DNA of 64,000 nt from Eledone cirrhosa. Taxonomy: Eukaryota. This document shows positions 26,151 to 39,800 of this stretch, piece by piece. The notes beneath the pieces were generated by a model, which worked only from the letters and a program-made list of their open reading frames with translations, did no database searches and was not told where the DNA came from. Made by a program: the position numbers and the translations under genes. How positions within the stretch are numbered: the first letter of the stretch is position 1; every line of letters starts with the position of its first letter. Where the stretch lies: the NCBI GenBank assembly GCA_964016885.1, contig OZ024744.1:6758001-6822000 (forward strand). Direction: 5' to 3'.

Positions 26151-29100
26151 AGTAACGGTTACTTCTACTGCAGTATTGCACTGATGTAGGTGTGGTGCAG
26201 TAACGGTTATGTCCACTGCAGTATTGCACTGAGTTAGATGTGGTGCAGTAACGGTTATGTCTACTGCAGTATTGCACTGAGGTAGGTGTGGTACAGTAAC
26301 GGTTATGTCTACTGCAGTATTGCACTGACTTAGGTGTGGTGCAGTAACGGTTATGTCCACTGCAGTATTGCACTGAGTTAGATGTGGTGCAGTAACGGTT
26401 ATGTCTACTGCAGTATTGCACTGAGGTAGGTGTGGTACAGTAACGGTTATGTCTACTGCAGTATTGCACTGAGTTAGGTGTGTTGCAGTAACGGTTATGT
26501 CTACTGCAGTATTGTACTGATGTAGGTGTGGTGCAGTAACGATTATGTCTACTGCAGTATTGCACTGAGGTAGGTGTGGTGCAGTACCGGTTATGTCTAC
26601 TGCAGTATTGCACTGATGTAGGTGTGGTGCAGTAACGGTTACTTCTACTGCAGTATTGCACTAAGTTATGTGTGGTGCAGTATCGGCTATGTCTACTGCA
26701 GTATTGCACTGAGGTAGGTGAGGTGCAGTAATGGTTATGTCTACAGCAGTATTGCACTGAGGTAGGTGTGGTGCAGTAACGGTTATGTCTACTCCAGATT
26801 TGCACTGATGTAGGTGTGGTGCAGTAACGGGTATGTCTACTGCAGTATTGCACTGATGTAGGTGTGGTGCAGTAACAGTTATTTCTACTGCAGTATTGCA
26901 CTGATGTAGGTGTGGTGCAGTAACGGTTATGTCTACTGTAGTATTGCACTGAGGTAGGTGTGGTGCAGTAACGGTTATGTCTACTGCAGTATTGCACAGA
27001 GGTAATTGTGGTGCAGTAACGGTTATTTATACTGCAGTATTGCACTGATGTAGGTGTGGTGCAGTAACGCTTATATCTACTGCGGTATTGCACTGAGGTA
27101 GGTGTGGTGCAGTAACGGTTATGTCTACTGCAGTATTGCACTGAGGTAATTGTGGTGCAGTAACGGTTATTTATACTGCAGTATTGCACTGATGTAGGTG
27201 TGGTGCAGTAACGGTTATATCTACTGCAGTATTGCACTGATGTAGGTGTGGTGCAGTAACGGTTATATCTACTGCAGTATTGCACTGAGGTAGGTGTCGT
27301 GCAGTAACGGTTATGTCTACTGCAGTATTGCACTGAGGTAATTGTGGTGCAGTAACGGTTATTTATACTGCAGTATTGCACTGATGTAGGTGTGGTGCAG
27401 TAACGGTTATATCTACTGCGGTATTGCACTGATGTAGGTGTGGTGCAGTAACGGTTATGTCTACTGCAGTATTGCATTGATGTAGGTGTGGTGCAGTATC
27501 GGTTTATGTCTACTGCAGTATTGCACTGAGGTAGGGGTGGTGCAGTAACATTTATGTCTACTGCAGTATTCCACTGAGTTAGGTGTGGTGCAGTAACAGT
27601 TATGTCTACTACAGTATTGCACTAATGTAGGTGCGGTGCAGTAACGGTTATGTCTACTGCAGTATTGCACTGATGTAGGTGTGGTGCAGTAACGGATATT
27701 TCTACTGCAGTATTGCACTTAGGTAGGTGTGGTGCAGTAACGGTTCTGTCTACTGCAGTATTGCACTGATGTAGGTGTGGTGCAGTAACGGTTATGTATA
27801 CTGCAGTATTGCACTGATGTAGGTGTGGTGCAGTAACGGTTATGTCTACTGCAGTATTGCACTTAGGTAGGTGTGGTGCAGTAACGGTTATGTCTACTGC
27901 AATATTGCGCTGAGGTAGGTGTGGTGCAGTAACGGTTATGTCTACTGCAGTATTGCACTGATGTAGGTGTGGTGCAGTAACGGTTATGATACTGCAGTAT
28001 TGCACTGATGTAGGTGTGGTGCAGTAACGGTTATGTCTACTGCAGTAGTGCACTGAGGTAGGTGTGGTTCAGTAACGATTATGTCGACTGCAGTATTGCA
28101 CTGAGTTAGGTGTGGTGCAGTAACAGTTATTTCTACTGCAGTATTCCACTGAGGTAGGTGTGGTGCAGTAACGGTTATATCTACTGAAGTATTGCACTGA
28201 TGTAGGTGTGGTGCAGTACCAGTTATGTCTACTGAAGTATTGCACTGATGTAGGTGTGGTGTAGTAACGGTTATTTCTACTGCAGTATTGCACTGATGTA
28301 GGTGTGGTGCCGTAACGGTTATGTCTACTGCAGTATTGCTCTGAGGTAGGTGTGGTGCAGTAACGATTATGTCGACTGCAGTATTGCACTGATGTAGGTG
28401 TGGTGCAGTAACGGTTATGTCTACTGCAGTATTGCACTGATGTAGGTGTGGTGCAGTAACGGTAATGTCCACTGCAGTATTGCACTGATGTAGGTGTTGT
28501 GCAGAAGAGGTTATGTCTACTGCAGTATTGCACTGATGTAGGTATGGTGCAGTAACGGTTATGTCTACTGTAGTATTGCACTGATGTAGGAGTGATGCAG
28601 TAACGGATATGTCTACTGCAGTATTGCACTGAGATAGGTGTGGTGCAGTAACGGTTATGTCTACTGCAGTATTTCACTGATTTAGGTGTGGTGCAGTAAC
28701 CGTTAAGTCTACTGCAGTATTGCACTGAAGTAAGTGTGGTGCAGTAACGGTTATGTCTACTGCAGTATTGCACTGATGTAGGTGTGGTGCAGTAACAGTT
28801 ATGTCTTCTGCAGTATTGCACTAATGTAGGTGTGGTGCTGTAAAGGTTATGTCTATTGCAGTATTGCACTGATGTAGGTGTGGTGCAGTAACGGTTATGT
28901 CTACTGCATTATTGCACTGATGTAGATGTGGTGCAGTAACGGTTATGTCTACTGCAGTATTGCACTGATGTAGGTGTGGTACAGTAACGGTTATTTCTAC
29001 TGCAGTATTGCACTGATGTAGATGTGGTGCAGTAACGTTTATGTCTACTGTAGTATTGCACTGAGGTAGGTGTGGTGCAGTAACGGTTATGTCTACTGCT

Positions 29101-31400
29101 GTATTGCACTGAGGTAGGTGTCGTGCAGTATCGTTTATGTCTACTGCAGTATTCCACTGAGGTAGGTGTGGTGCAGTAACAGTTATGTCTACTGCAGTAT
29201 TGCACTGATGTAGGTGTGGTGCAGTTACGGTTATTTCTACTGCAGTATTGCACTGATGTAGGTGTGGCGCAGTAACTGTTATGTCTACTGCAGTATTGCA
29301 CTGAGGTAGGTGTGGTGCAGTAACGGTTTTGTCTACTGCAGCATTGCACTGATGTAGGTGTGGTGCAGTAACGGTTATGTCTACTGCAGTATTGCACTGA
29401 TGTAGGTGTGGTGCAGTAACGGTTATGTCTACTGTAGTATTGCACTGATGTAGGTATGGTGTAGTAACGGTTATGGCTACTGCAGTATTGCACTGATGTA
29501 GGTGTGGTGTAGTAACGGTTATTTCTACTGCAGTATTGCACTGATGTAGGAGTGGTGCAGTAACGGTTATGTCTACTGCAGTATTGCACTGAGGTAAGTG
29601 TGGTGCGTAACGGTTATGTCTACTGCATTATTGCACTGAGGTAGGTGTGGTGCAGTAACGGGTATGTCTACTGCAGTATTGCACTGATGTATGTGTTGTG
29701 CAGTAACGGTTATTTCGACTGCAGTATTGCACTGATGTAGGTGTGGTGTAGTAACGGTTATGTCTACTGCAGTATTGCATTGAGGTAGCTGTGGTGCAGT
29801 AACGGTTATTGCTACTGCAGTATTGCACTGAAGTAGGAGTGGTGCAGTAACGGTTATGTGTACTGCAGTATTGCACTGATGTAGGTGTGGTGCAGTAACG
29901 GTTACTTCTACTGCAGTATTGCACTGATGTAGGTGTGGTGCAGTAACGGTTATGTCCACTGCAGTATTGCACTGAGTTAGATGTGGTGCAGTAACGGTTA
30001 TGTCTACTGCAGTATTGCACTGAGGTAGGTGTGGTACAGTAACGGTTATGTCTACTGCAGTATTGCACTGACTTAGGTGTGGTGCAGTAACGGTTATGTC
30101 CACTGCAGTATTGCACTGAGTTAGATGTGGTGCAGTAACGGTTATGTCTACTGCAGTATTGCACTGAGGTAGGTGTGGTACAGTAACGGTTATGTCTACT
30201 GCAGTATTGCACTGAGTTAGGTGTGTTGCAGTAACGGTTATGTCTACTGCAGTATTGTACTGATGTAGGTGTGGTGCAGTAACGATTATGTCTACTGCAG
30301 TATTGCACTGAGGTAGGTGTGGTGCAGTACCGGTTATGTCTACTGCAGTATTGCACTGATGTAGGTGTGGTGCAGTAACGGTTACTTCTACTGCAGTATT
30401 GCACTAAGTTATGTGTGGTGCAGTATCGGCTATGTCTACTGCAGTATTGCACTGAGGTAGGTGAGGAGCAGTAATGGTTATGTCTACAGCAGTATTGCAC
30501 TGAGGTAGGTGTGGTGCAGTAACGGTTATGTCTACTCCAGATTTGCACTGATGTAGGTGTGGTGCAGTAACGGGTATGTCTACTGCAGTATTGCACTGAT
30601 GTAGGTGTGGTGCAGTAACAGTTATTTCTACTGCAGTATTGCACTGATGTAGGTGTGGTGCAGTAACGGTTATGTCTACTGTAGTATTGCACTGAGGTAG
30701 GTGTGGTGCAGTAACGGTTATGTCTACTGCAGTATTGCACAGAGGTAATTGTGGTGCAGTAACGGTTATTTATACTGCAGTATTGCACTGATGTAGGTGT
30801 GGTGCAGTAACGCTTATATCTACTGCGGTATTGCACTGAGGTAGGTGTGGTGCAGTAACGGTTATGTCTACTGCAGTATTGCACTGAGGTAATTGTGGTG
30901 CAGTAACGGTTATTTATACTGCAGTATTGCACTGATGTAGGTGTGGTGCAGTAACGGTTATATCTACTGCAGTATTGCACTGATGTAGGTGTGGTGCAGT
31001 AACGGTTATATCTACTGCAGTATTGCACTGAGGTAGGTGTCGTGCAGTAACGGTTATGTCTACTGCAGTATTGCACTGAGGTAATTGTGGTGCAGTAACG
31101 GTTATTTATACTGCAGTATTGCACTGATGTAGGTGTGGTGCAGTAACGGTTATGTCTACTGCGGTATTGCACTGATGTAGGTGTGGTGCAGTAACGGTTA
31201 TGTCTACTGCAGTATTGCATTGATGTAGGTGTGGTGCAGTATCGGTTTATGTCTACTGCAGTATTGCACTGAGGTAGGGGTGGTGCAGTAACATTTATGT
31301 CTACTGCAGTATTCCACTGAGTTAGGTGTGGTGCAGTAACAGTTATGTCTACTGCAGTATTGCACTAATGTAGGTGCGGTGCAGTAACGGTTATGTCTAC
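23900..31400 (+). repeat. Near-identical tandem duplication, unit 3743 bp (78 monomers, net -1): ~23900-27650 and ~27650-31400
   Basis: ORF pairs 24326/28069, 25166/28909, 25885/29628 and 27461/31204 are all offset by 3743. The marker GGATATTTC is at ~23952 and ~27695. Confidence 0.92.
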
Positions 31401-33849
31401 TGCAGTATTGCACTGATGTAGGTGTGGTGCAGTAACGGTTATGTCTACTGCAGTATTGCACTGTTGTAGGTGTGGTGCAGTAACGGTTATGTCTACTGTA
31501 GTATTGCACTGATGTAGGTATGGTGCAGTAACGGTTATGTCTACTGCAGTATTGCACTGATGTAGGTGTGGTGTAGTAACGGTTATTTCTACTGCAGTAT
31601 TGCACTGATGTAGGTGTGGTGCAGTAACGGTTATGTCTACTGCAGTATTGCACTGAGGTAGGTGTGGTGCGTAACGGTTATGTCTACTGCATTTTTGCAC
31701 TGAGGTAGGTGAGGTGCAGTAACGGGTATGTCTACTGCAGTATTGCACTGAGGTAATTGTGGTGCAGTAACGGTTATTTCTACTGCAGTATTGCACTGAT
31801 GTAGGTGTGGTGTAGTAACGGTTATGTCTACTGCAGTATTGCACTGAGGTAGGTGTGGTGCAGTAACGGTTATGTCTACTGCAGTATTGCACTCATGTAG
31901 ACGTGGTGCAGTAACGGGTATGTCTACTGCAGTATTGCACTGAGGTAATTGTGGTGCAGTAACGGTTATTTATACTGCAGTATTGCACTGATGTAGGTGT
32001 GGTGCAGTAACGGTTATTTCTACTGCAGTATTGCACTGAGGTAAGTGTGGTGCAGTAACGGTTATGTCTACTGCAGTATTGCACTGATGTAGGTGTGGTG
32101 CAGTAACGGTTATGTCTACTGCAGAATGGCACTGATTAGGTGTGGTGCAGTAACTGTTATGTCTACTGCAGTACTGCACTGAGGTAGGAGTGGTGCAGTA
32201 ACGGTTATGTCTACTGCATTATTGTACTGATGTACGTGTGGTGCAGTAACGGTTATGTCTACTTGCAGTATTGCACCTATGTAGGTGTGGTGCAGTAACA
32301 GTTATGTCTACTGCAGTATTGCACTGATGTAGGTGTGGTGCAGTAACGGTTATGTCTACTGCAGTATTGCACTGATTTAGGTGTGGTGCAGTAGCAGTAT
32401 GTCTACTGCAGTATTGCACTGAGGTAGGTGTTGTGCAGTAACGGTTCTGTCTTCTGCAGTAATGCACTGATGTAGGTGTGGAGCAGTAACGGTTATGTCT
32501 ACTGCAGTATTGCACTGAGGTAGGTGTGGTGCAGTAACGGTTATATATACTGCAGTATTGCACTGAGGTAGGTGTAGTGCAGTAACGGTTATGTCTACTG
32601 CAGTATTGCACTAGGTAGGTGTGGTGCAGTAACGATTATGTCTACGGCAGTATTTCACTGATGTAGGTCTGGTGCAGTAACGGTTACTTCTACTGCAGTA
32701 TTGCACTGATGTAGGTGTGATGCAGTAACGATTATGTCTACTGCAGTATTGCACTGAGGTAGGTATGGTGCAGTACCGGTTATGTCTACTGCAGTATTGC
32801 AGTGATGTAGGTGTGATGCAGTAACGATTATGTCTACTGCAGTATTGCACTGACTTAGGTGTGGTGCAGTAATGGTTATGTCTACTGCAGTATTGCACTG
32901 ATGTAGTTGTGGTGCAGTAACGGTTATGTCTACTGCAATATTGCACTGATGTAGGTGTGGTGCATTAACGCTTATGTCTACTGCAGTATTACACTGATTT
33001 AGGTGTGGTGCAGTAACGGTTATGTCCTACGGTCGTATTGCACTGAGGTAGGTGTGGTGCAGTAACGGTTATTTCTACTGCAGTATTGCACTGATGTAGG
33101 TGTGGTGCAGTAACGATTATGTCTACTGCAGTATTGCACTGAGGTAGGTGTGTTGCAGTACCGGTTATGTCTACTGCAGTATTGCACTGATGTAGGTGTG
33201 GTGCAGTAACGGTTATTTCTACTGCATTATTGCACTGATGTAGGTGTGGTGCAGTACCGGTTATATCTACTGCAGTATTGCAATGATGTAGGTGTGGTAC
33301 AGTAACGGTTATTTCTACTGCAGTATTGCACTAAGTTATGTGTGGTGCAGTATCGGTTATGTCTACTGCAGTATTGTACTGAGGTAGGTGAGGTTGCAGT
33401 AATGGTTATGTCTACTGCATTATTGCACTGTTGTAGGTGTGGTGCAGTAACGGTTGTCTACTGCAGTATTGTACTTAGGTAGGTTGGGTGCAGTAACAGT
33501 TATGTCTACTGCAGTATTGCACTTAGGTAGGTGTGGTGCAGTAACGGTTATGTCTACTGCAGTATTTCACTGATGTAGGTGTGGTGCAGTAACGGATATT
33601 TCTACTGCAGTATTGCACTTAGGTAGGTGTGGTGCAGTAACGGTTATGTCTACTGCAGTATTGCACTGATGTAGGTGTGGTGCAGTAACGGTTATGTCTA
33701 CTGCAGTATTGCACTGATGTAGGTCTGGTGCAGTAACGGTTATCTCTACTGCAGTATTGCACTTAGGTAGGTGTGGTGCAGTAACGGTTATGTCTACTGC
33801 AATATTGCACTGGGGTAGGTGTGGTGCAGTAACGGTTATGTCTACTGCA

Positions 33850-36800
33850 GTATTGCACTGATGTAGGTGTGGTGCAGTAACGGTTATGTCTACTGCAGTA
33901 TTGCACTGATGTAGGTGTGGTGCAGTAACGGTTATGTCTACTGCAGTATTGCACTGAGGTAGGTGTGGTGCAGTAACGGTTATGTCTACTGCAGTATTGC
34001 ACTGATGTAGGTGTGGTGCAGTAACGGTTATGTCTACTGCAGTATTGCACTGTTGTAGGTGTGGTGCAGTAACGGTTATGTCTACTGTAGTATTGCACTG
34101 ATGTAGGTATGGTGCAGTAACGGTTATGTCTACTGCAGTATTGCACTGATGTAGGTGTGGTGTAGTAACGGTTATTTCTACTGCAGTATTGCACTGATGT
34201 AGGTGTGGTGCAGTAACGGTTATGTCTACTGCAGTATTGCACTGAGGTAGGTGTGGTGCGTAACGGTTATGTCTACTGCATTTTTGCACTGAGGTAGGTG
34301 AGGTGCAGTAACGGGTATGTCTACTGCAGTATTGCACTGAGGTAATTGTGGTGCAGTAACGGTTATTTCTACTGCAGTATTGCACTGATGTAGGTGTGGT
34401 GTAGTAACGGTTATGTCTACTGCAGTAGTGCACTGAGGTAGGTGTGGTGCAGTAACGGTTATGTCTACTGCAGTATTGAACTGAGGTAGGTGTGGTGCAG
34501 TAACGGTTATTTCTACTGCAGTATTGCACTGATGTAAGTGTGGTGCAGTAACGGTTATGTCTACTACAGTATTGCACTGAGCTAGGTATGGTGCAGTAAC
34601 GGTTATGTCTACTGCAGTATTGCACTGATGAAGGTGTGGTGCAGAAAAGGTTATTTCTACTGCTGTATTGCACTGAGATAGGTGTGGTGCAGTAACATTT
34701 ATGTCTACTGCAGTATTGCACTGAGGTAGGTGTGGTGCAGTAACGGTTATGTCTACTGCAGTATTGCACTGAGGTAGGTGTGGTGCAGTACCGGTTATGT
34801 CTACTGCAGTATTGCACTGATGTAGGTGTGGTGTAGTAACGGTTATTTCTACTTCAGTATTGCACTGATGTAGGTGTGGTGCAGTAACGGTTATGTCTAC
34901 TTGAAGTATTGCAGTGATGTAGGTGTGGTGCAGTAACAGTTATGTCTACTGCAGTATTGCACTGATGTAGGTGTGGTGGAATAACGGTTATGTCTAGTGC
35001 AGTATTGCATTGATGTAGGCGTGGTGCAGTAACGGTTATGTCTACTGCAGTATTGCACTGATATAGGCGTGGTGCAGTAACGGTTATGTCTACTGCAGTA
35101 TTGCACTGATTAGGTGTGGTGCAGTAACGGTTATTGCTACTGCAGTATTGCACTGATGTAGGTGTGGTGCATTAACGCTTATGTCTACTGCAGTATTGCA
35201 CTGAGGTAGGTGTGGTGCAGTAACCGTTATGTCTACTGCAGTATTGCACTGAGGTAGGTGTGGTGCAGTAACGGTTATGTCTACCGCAGTATTGCACTAT
35301 TGTAGGTGTGGTACAGTAACGTTTATGTCTACTGCAGTATTGCACTGATGTAGGTGTGGTGCAGTAACAGTTATGTCTACTGCAGTATTGCACTGAGGTA
35401 GGTGTGGTGCAGTAACGGTTATGTCTACTGCAGTATTGAACTGAGGTAGGTGTGGTGCAGTAACGGTTATTTCTACTGCAGTATTGCACTATTTTAGTTG
35501 TAGTGCAGTAACGGTTATGTCTACTGCAATATTGTACTGATGTAGGTGTGGTGCAGTAACGGTTATGTCTACTGCAGTATTGCACTGATGTAGGTGTGGT
35601 GCAGTAACGGTTATGTCTACTGCAGTATTGCACTGAGGTAGGTGTGGTGCTGTAACGGGTATGTCTACTTCAGTATTGCACTGAGGTAATTGTGGTACAG
35701 TACCGGTTATGTCTACTGTAGTATTGCACTGATATAGGTGTGGTGCAGTAACGGTTATGTCTACTGCAGTATTGCACTGAGGTAGGTTTGGTGCAGTAAC
35801 GGTTATGTCTACTGCAGTATTGTACTGATGTAGGTGTGGTGCAGTAACGATTATGTCTACTGCAGTATTGCACTGAGGTAGGCGTGGTGCAGTACCGGTT
35901 ATGTATACTGCAGTATTGCACTGATGTAGGTGTGGTGCAGTAACGGTTATTTCTACTGCATTATTGCACTAAGTTATGTGTGGTGCAGTATCGGTTATGT
36001 CTACAGCAGTATTGCACTGAGGTAGGTGAGGTGCAGTCATGGTTATGTCTACAGCAATATTGCACTGATGTAGGTGTGGTGCAGTAACGGGTATGTCTAC
36101 TGCAGTATTGCACTGATGTAGGTGTGGTGCAGTAACAGTTATTTCTACTGCAGTATTGCACTGATGTATGTGTGGTGCAGTAACGGTTATGTCTACTGCA
36201 GTATTGCTATGATGTACGTGTGGTGCAGTAACGGTTATGTCTACTGCAGTATTGCACTGAGGAAGGTGTGGTGCAGTAACGGTTATGTCTACTGCAGTAT
36301 TGCACTGAGGTAGGTGTCGTGCAGTAACGGTTATGTCTACTGCAGTATTGCACTGAGATAGGTGTGGTGCAGTAACGGTTATGTCTACTGCAGTATTGCA
36401 CTGATGTAGGTGTGGTGCAGTAACGGTTATGTCTCCTGCACTATTGCACTGAGGTAGGTGTGGTGCAGTAACGGTTATGTCTAATGCAGTATTGCACTGA
36501 GGTAGGTGTGGTGCAGTAACGGATATGTCTACTGCAGTATTGCACTGACGTACGTGTGGTGCAGTAACGGTTATGTCTACTGCAATATTGCACTGATATA
36601 GGTGTAGTGTAGTAACGGTTATTTCTACTGCAGTATTGCACTGAGGTAGGTGTGGTGCAGTAACGGTTATGCCTACTACAATATTGCACTGATGTAGGTG
36701 TGGTGCAGTAACGGGTATGTCTCTGCAGAATTACACTGATGTAAGTGTGGTGCAGTAACGGTTATGTCTACTGCAGTATTGAACTGATGAAGGTTTGGTC

Positions 36801-39800
36801 TAGTAAGGGTTATGTCTACTGCAGTATTGCACTGATGTAGGTGTGGTGCAGTAACGGTCATGTCTACAGCAGTATTGCACTGATGTAGGTGTGGTGCAGT
36901 AACGGTTATTTCTACTGCAGTATTGCACTGAGGTAAGTGTGGTGCAGTAACGGTTATGTCTACTGCAGTATTGCACTGAGCTAGGTGTGGTGCAGTAACG
37001 GTTATGTCTACTGCAGTATTGCACTGATGAAGGTGTGGTGCAGTAAATGTTATTTCTACTGCTGTATTGCACTGAGATAGGTGTGGTGCAGTAACATTTA
37101 TGTCTACTGCAGTATTGCACTGAGGTAGGTGTGGTGCAGTAACGGTTATGTCTACTGCAGTATTGCACTGATGTAGGCGTGGTGCAGTAACGATTATGTC
37201 TACTGCAGTATTGCACTGAGGCAGGTGTGGTGCAGTAACGGTTATGTCTACTGCAGTATTGCACTGAGGTAGGTGTGGTGCAGTAACGGTTATGTCTACT
37301 GCAGTATTGCACTGATGTAGGTGTGGTGCAGTAACGATTATGTCTACTGCAGTATTGCACTGAGGTAGTTGTGGTGCAGTACCGGTTATGTCTACTGCAG
37401 TATTGCACTGATGTAGGTGTGGTGCAGTAACGGTTATTTCTACTGCAGTATTGCACTAAGTTATGTGTGGTGCAGTATCGGTTATGTCTACTGCAGTATT
37501 GTACTGAGGTAGGTGAGGTGCAGTAATGGTTATGTCTACTGCAGTATTGCACTGATGTAGGTGTGGTGCAGTAACGGGTATGTCTACTGCAGTATTGCAC
37601 TGATGTAGGTGTGGTGCAGTAACGGTTATTTCTACTGCAGTATTGCACTGAGGTAGGTGTGGTGCAGTAACGGTTATGTCTACTGCAGTATTGCACTGAG
37701 GTAGGTGTGGTGTCGTAACGGGTATGTATACTGCAGTATTGCACTGACGTATGTGTGGTGCAGAAACGGTTATTTCTACTGCAGTATTGGACTTATGTAG
37801 TTATGGTGCAGTAACGGTTATGTCTACTGCATTATTGCACTGAGATAGGTGTCGTGCAGTAACGGTTATTTCTACTGCAGTATTGCACTGAGGTAATTGT
37901 GGTGCAGTAACGGTTATTTCTACTGCAGTATTGCACTGATGTAGGTGTGGTGCAGTAACGGTTATATCTACTGCGGTATTGCACTGAGGTAGGTGTGGTG
38001 TAGTAACTGTTATGTCTACTGCAGTATTGCATTGATGTAGGTGTGTTGCAGTATCGGTTATGTCTACTGCTGTATTGCACTGAGGTAGGTGTCGTGCAGT
38101 AACGTTTATGTCTACTGCAGTATTGCACTGAGGTAGGTGTGGTACAGTAACGGTTTTGTCTACTGCAGCATTGCACTGATGTAGGTGTGGTGCAGTAACG
38201 GTTATGTCTAATGCAGTATTGCACTGATGTAGGTGTGGTGCAGTAACGGTTATGTCTACTGTAGTATTGCACTGATGTAGGTATGGTGTAGTAACGGTTA
38301 TGGCTACTGCAGTATTGCACTGATGTAGGTGTGGTGTAGTAACGGTTATTTCTACTGCAGTATTGCACTGATGTAGGAGTGGTGCAGTAACGGTTATGTC
38401 TACTGCAGTATTGCACTGAGGTAGGTGTGGTGCGTAACGGTTATGTCTACTGCATTATTGCACTGAGGTAGGTGTGGTGCAGTAACGGGTATGTCTACTG
38501 CAGTATTGCACTGATGTATGTGTTGTGCAGTAACGGTTATTTCGACTGCAGTATTGCACTGATGTAGGTGTGGTGTAGTAACGGTTTTGTCTACTGCAGT
38601 ATTGCATTGAGGTAGCTGTGGTGCAGTAACGGTTATTGCTACTGCAGTATTGCACTGAAGTAGGTGTAGTGCAGTAACGGTTATGTGTACTGCAGTATTG
38701 CACTGATGTAGGTGTGGTGCAGTAACGGTTACTTCTACTGCAGTATTGCACTGATGTAGGTGTGGTGCAGTAACGATTATGTCTACTGCAGTATTGCACT
38801 GAGGTAGGTGTGGTGCAGTACCGGTTATGTCTACTGCAGTATTGCACTGATGTTGGTGTGATGCAGTAACGGTTATGTCTACTGCAGTATTGCACTGACT
38901 TAGGTGTGGTGCAGTAACGGTTATGTCTACTGCAGTATTGCACTGAGTTAGATGTGGTGCAGTAACGGTTATGTCTACTGCAGTATTGCACTGAGGTAGG
39001 TGTGGTGCAGTAACGGTTATGTCTACTGCAGTATTGCACTGAGTTAGATGTGTTGCAGTAACGGTTATGTCTACTGCAGTATTGTACTGATGTAGGTGTG
39101 GTGCAGTAACGATTATGTCTACTGCAGTATTGCACTGAGGTAGGTGTGGTGCAGTACCGGTTATGTCTACTGCAGTATTGCACTGATGTAGGTGTGGTGC
39201 AGTAACGGTTACTTCTACTGCAGTATTGCACTAAGTTATGTGTGGTGCAGTATCGGCTATGTCTACTGCTGTATTGCACTAATGTAGGTGCGGTGCAGTA
39301 ACGGTTATGTCTACTGCAGTATTGCACTGAGGTAATTGTGGTGCAGTAACGGTTATTTATACTGCAGTATTGCACTGATGTAGGTGTGGTGCAGTAACGG
39401 TTATATCTACTGCAGTATTGCACTGATGTAGGTGTGGTGCAGTAACGGTTATATCTACTGCAGTATTGCACTGAGGTAGGTGTCGTGCAGTAACGGTTAT
39501 GTCTACTGCAGTATTGCACTGAGGTAATTGTGGTGCAGTAACGGTTATTTATACTGCTGTATTGCACTGATGTAGGTGTGGTGCAGTAACGGTTATATCT
39601 ACTGCGGTATTGCACTGATGTAGGTGTGGTGCAGTAACGGTTATGTCTACTGCAGTATTGCATTGATGTAGGTGTGGTGCAGTATCGGTTTATGTCTACT
39701 GCAGTATTGCACTGAGGTAGGGGTGGTGCAGTAACATTTATGTCTACTGCAGTATTCCACTGAGTTAGGTGTGGTGCAGTAACAGTTATGTCTACTGCAG

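Larger units (their letters stand above)
1..33850 (+). repeat. Left variant domain (subfamily L) of the satellite
   Basis: Diagnostic variants include CACTTAGGTAGG, GGTTATGATACTG (47-mer), GGATATTTC, ACGATTATGTCGAC, CTCCAGATTTG, AACCGTTAAG and GAATGGCACTGATTAGG. They recur here and I did not find them after ~34 kb. Other L-type blocks reappear only as an island at ~38.1-40.6 kb. Confidence 0.8.
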
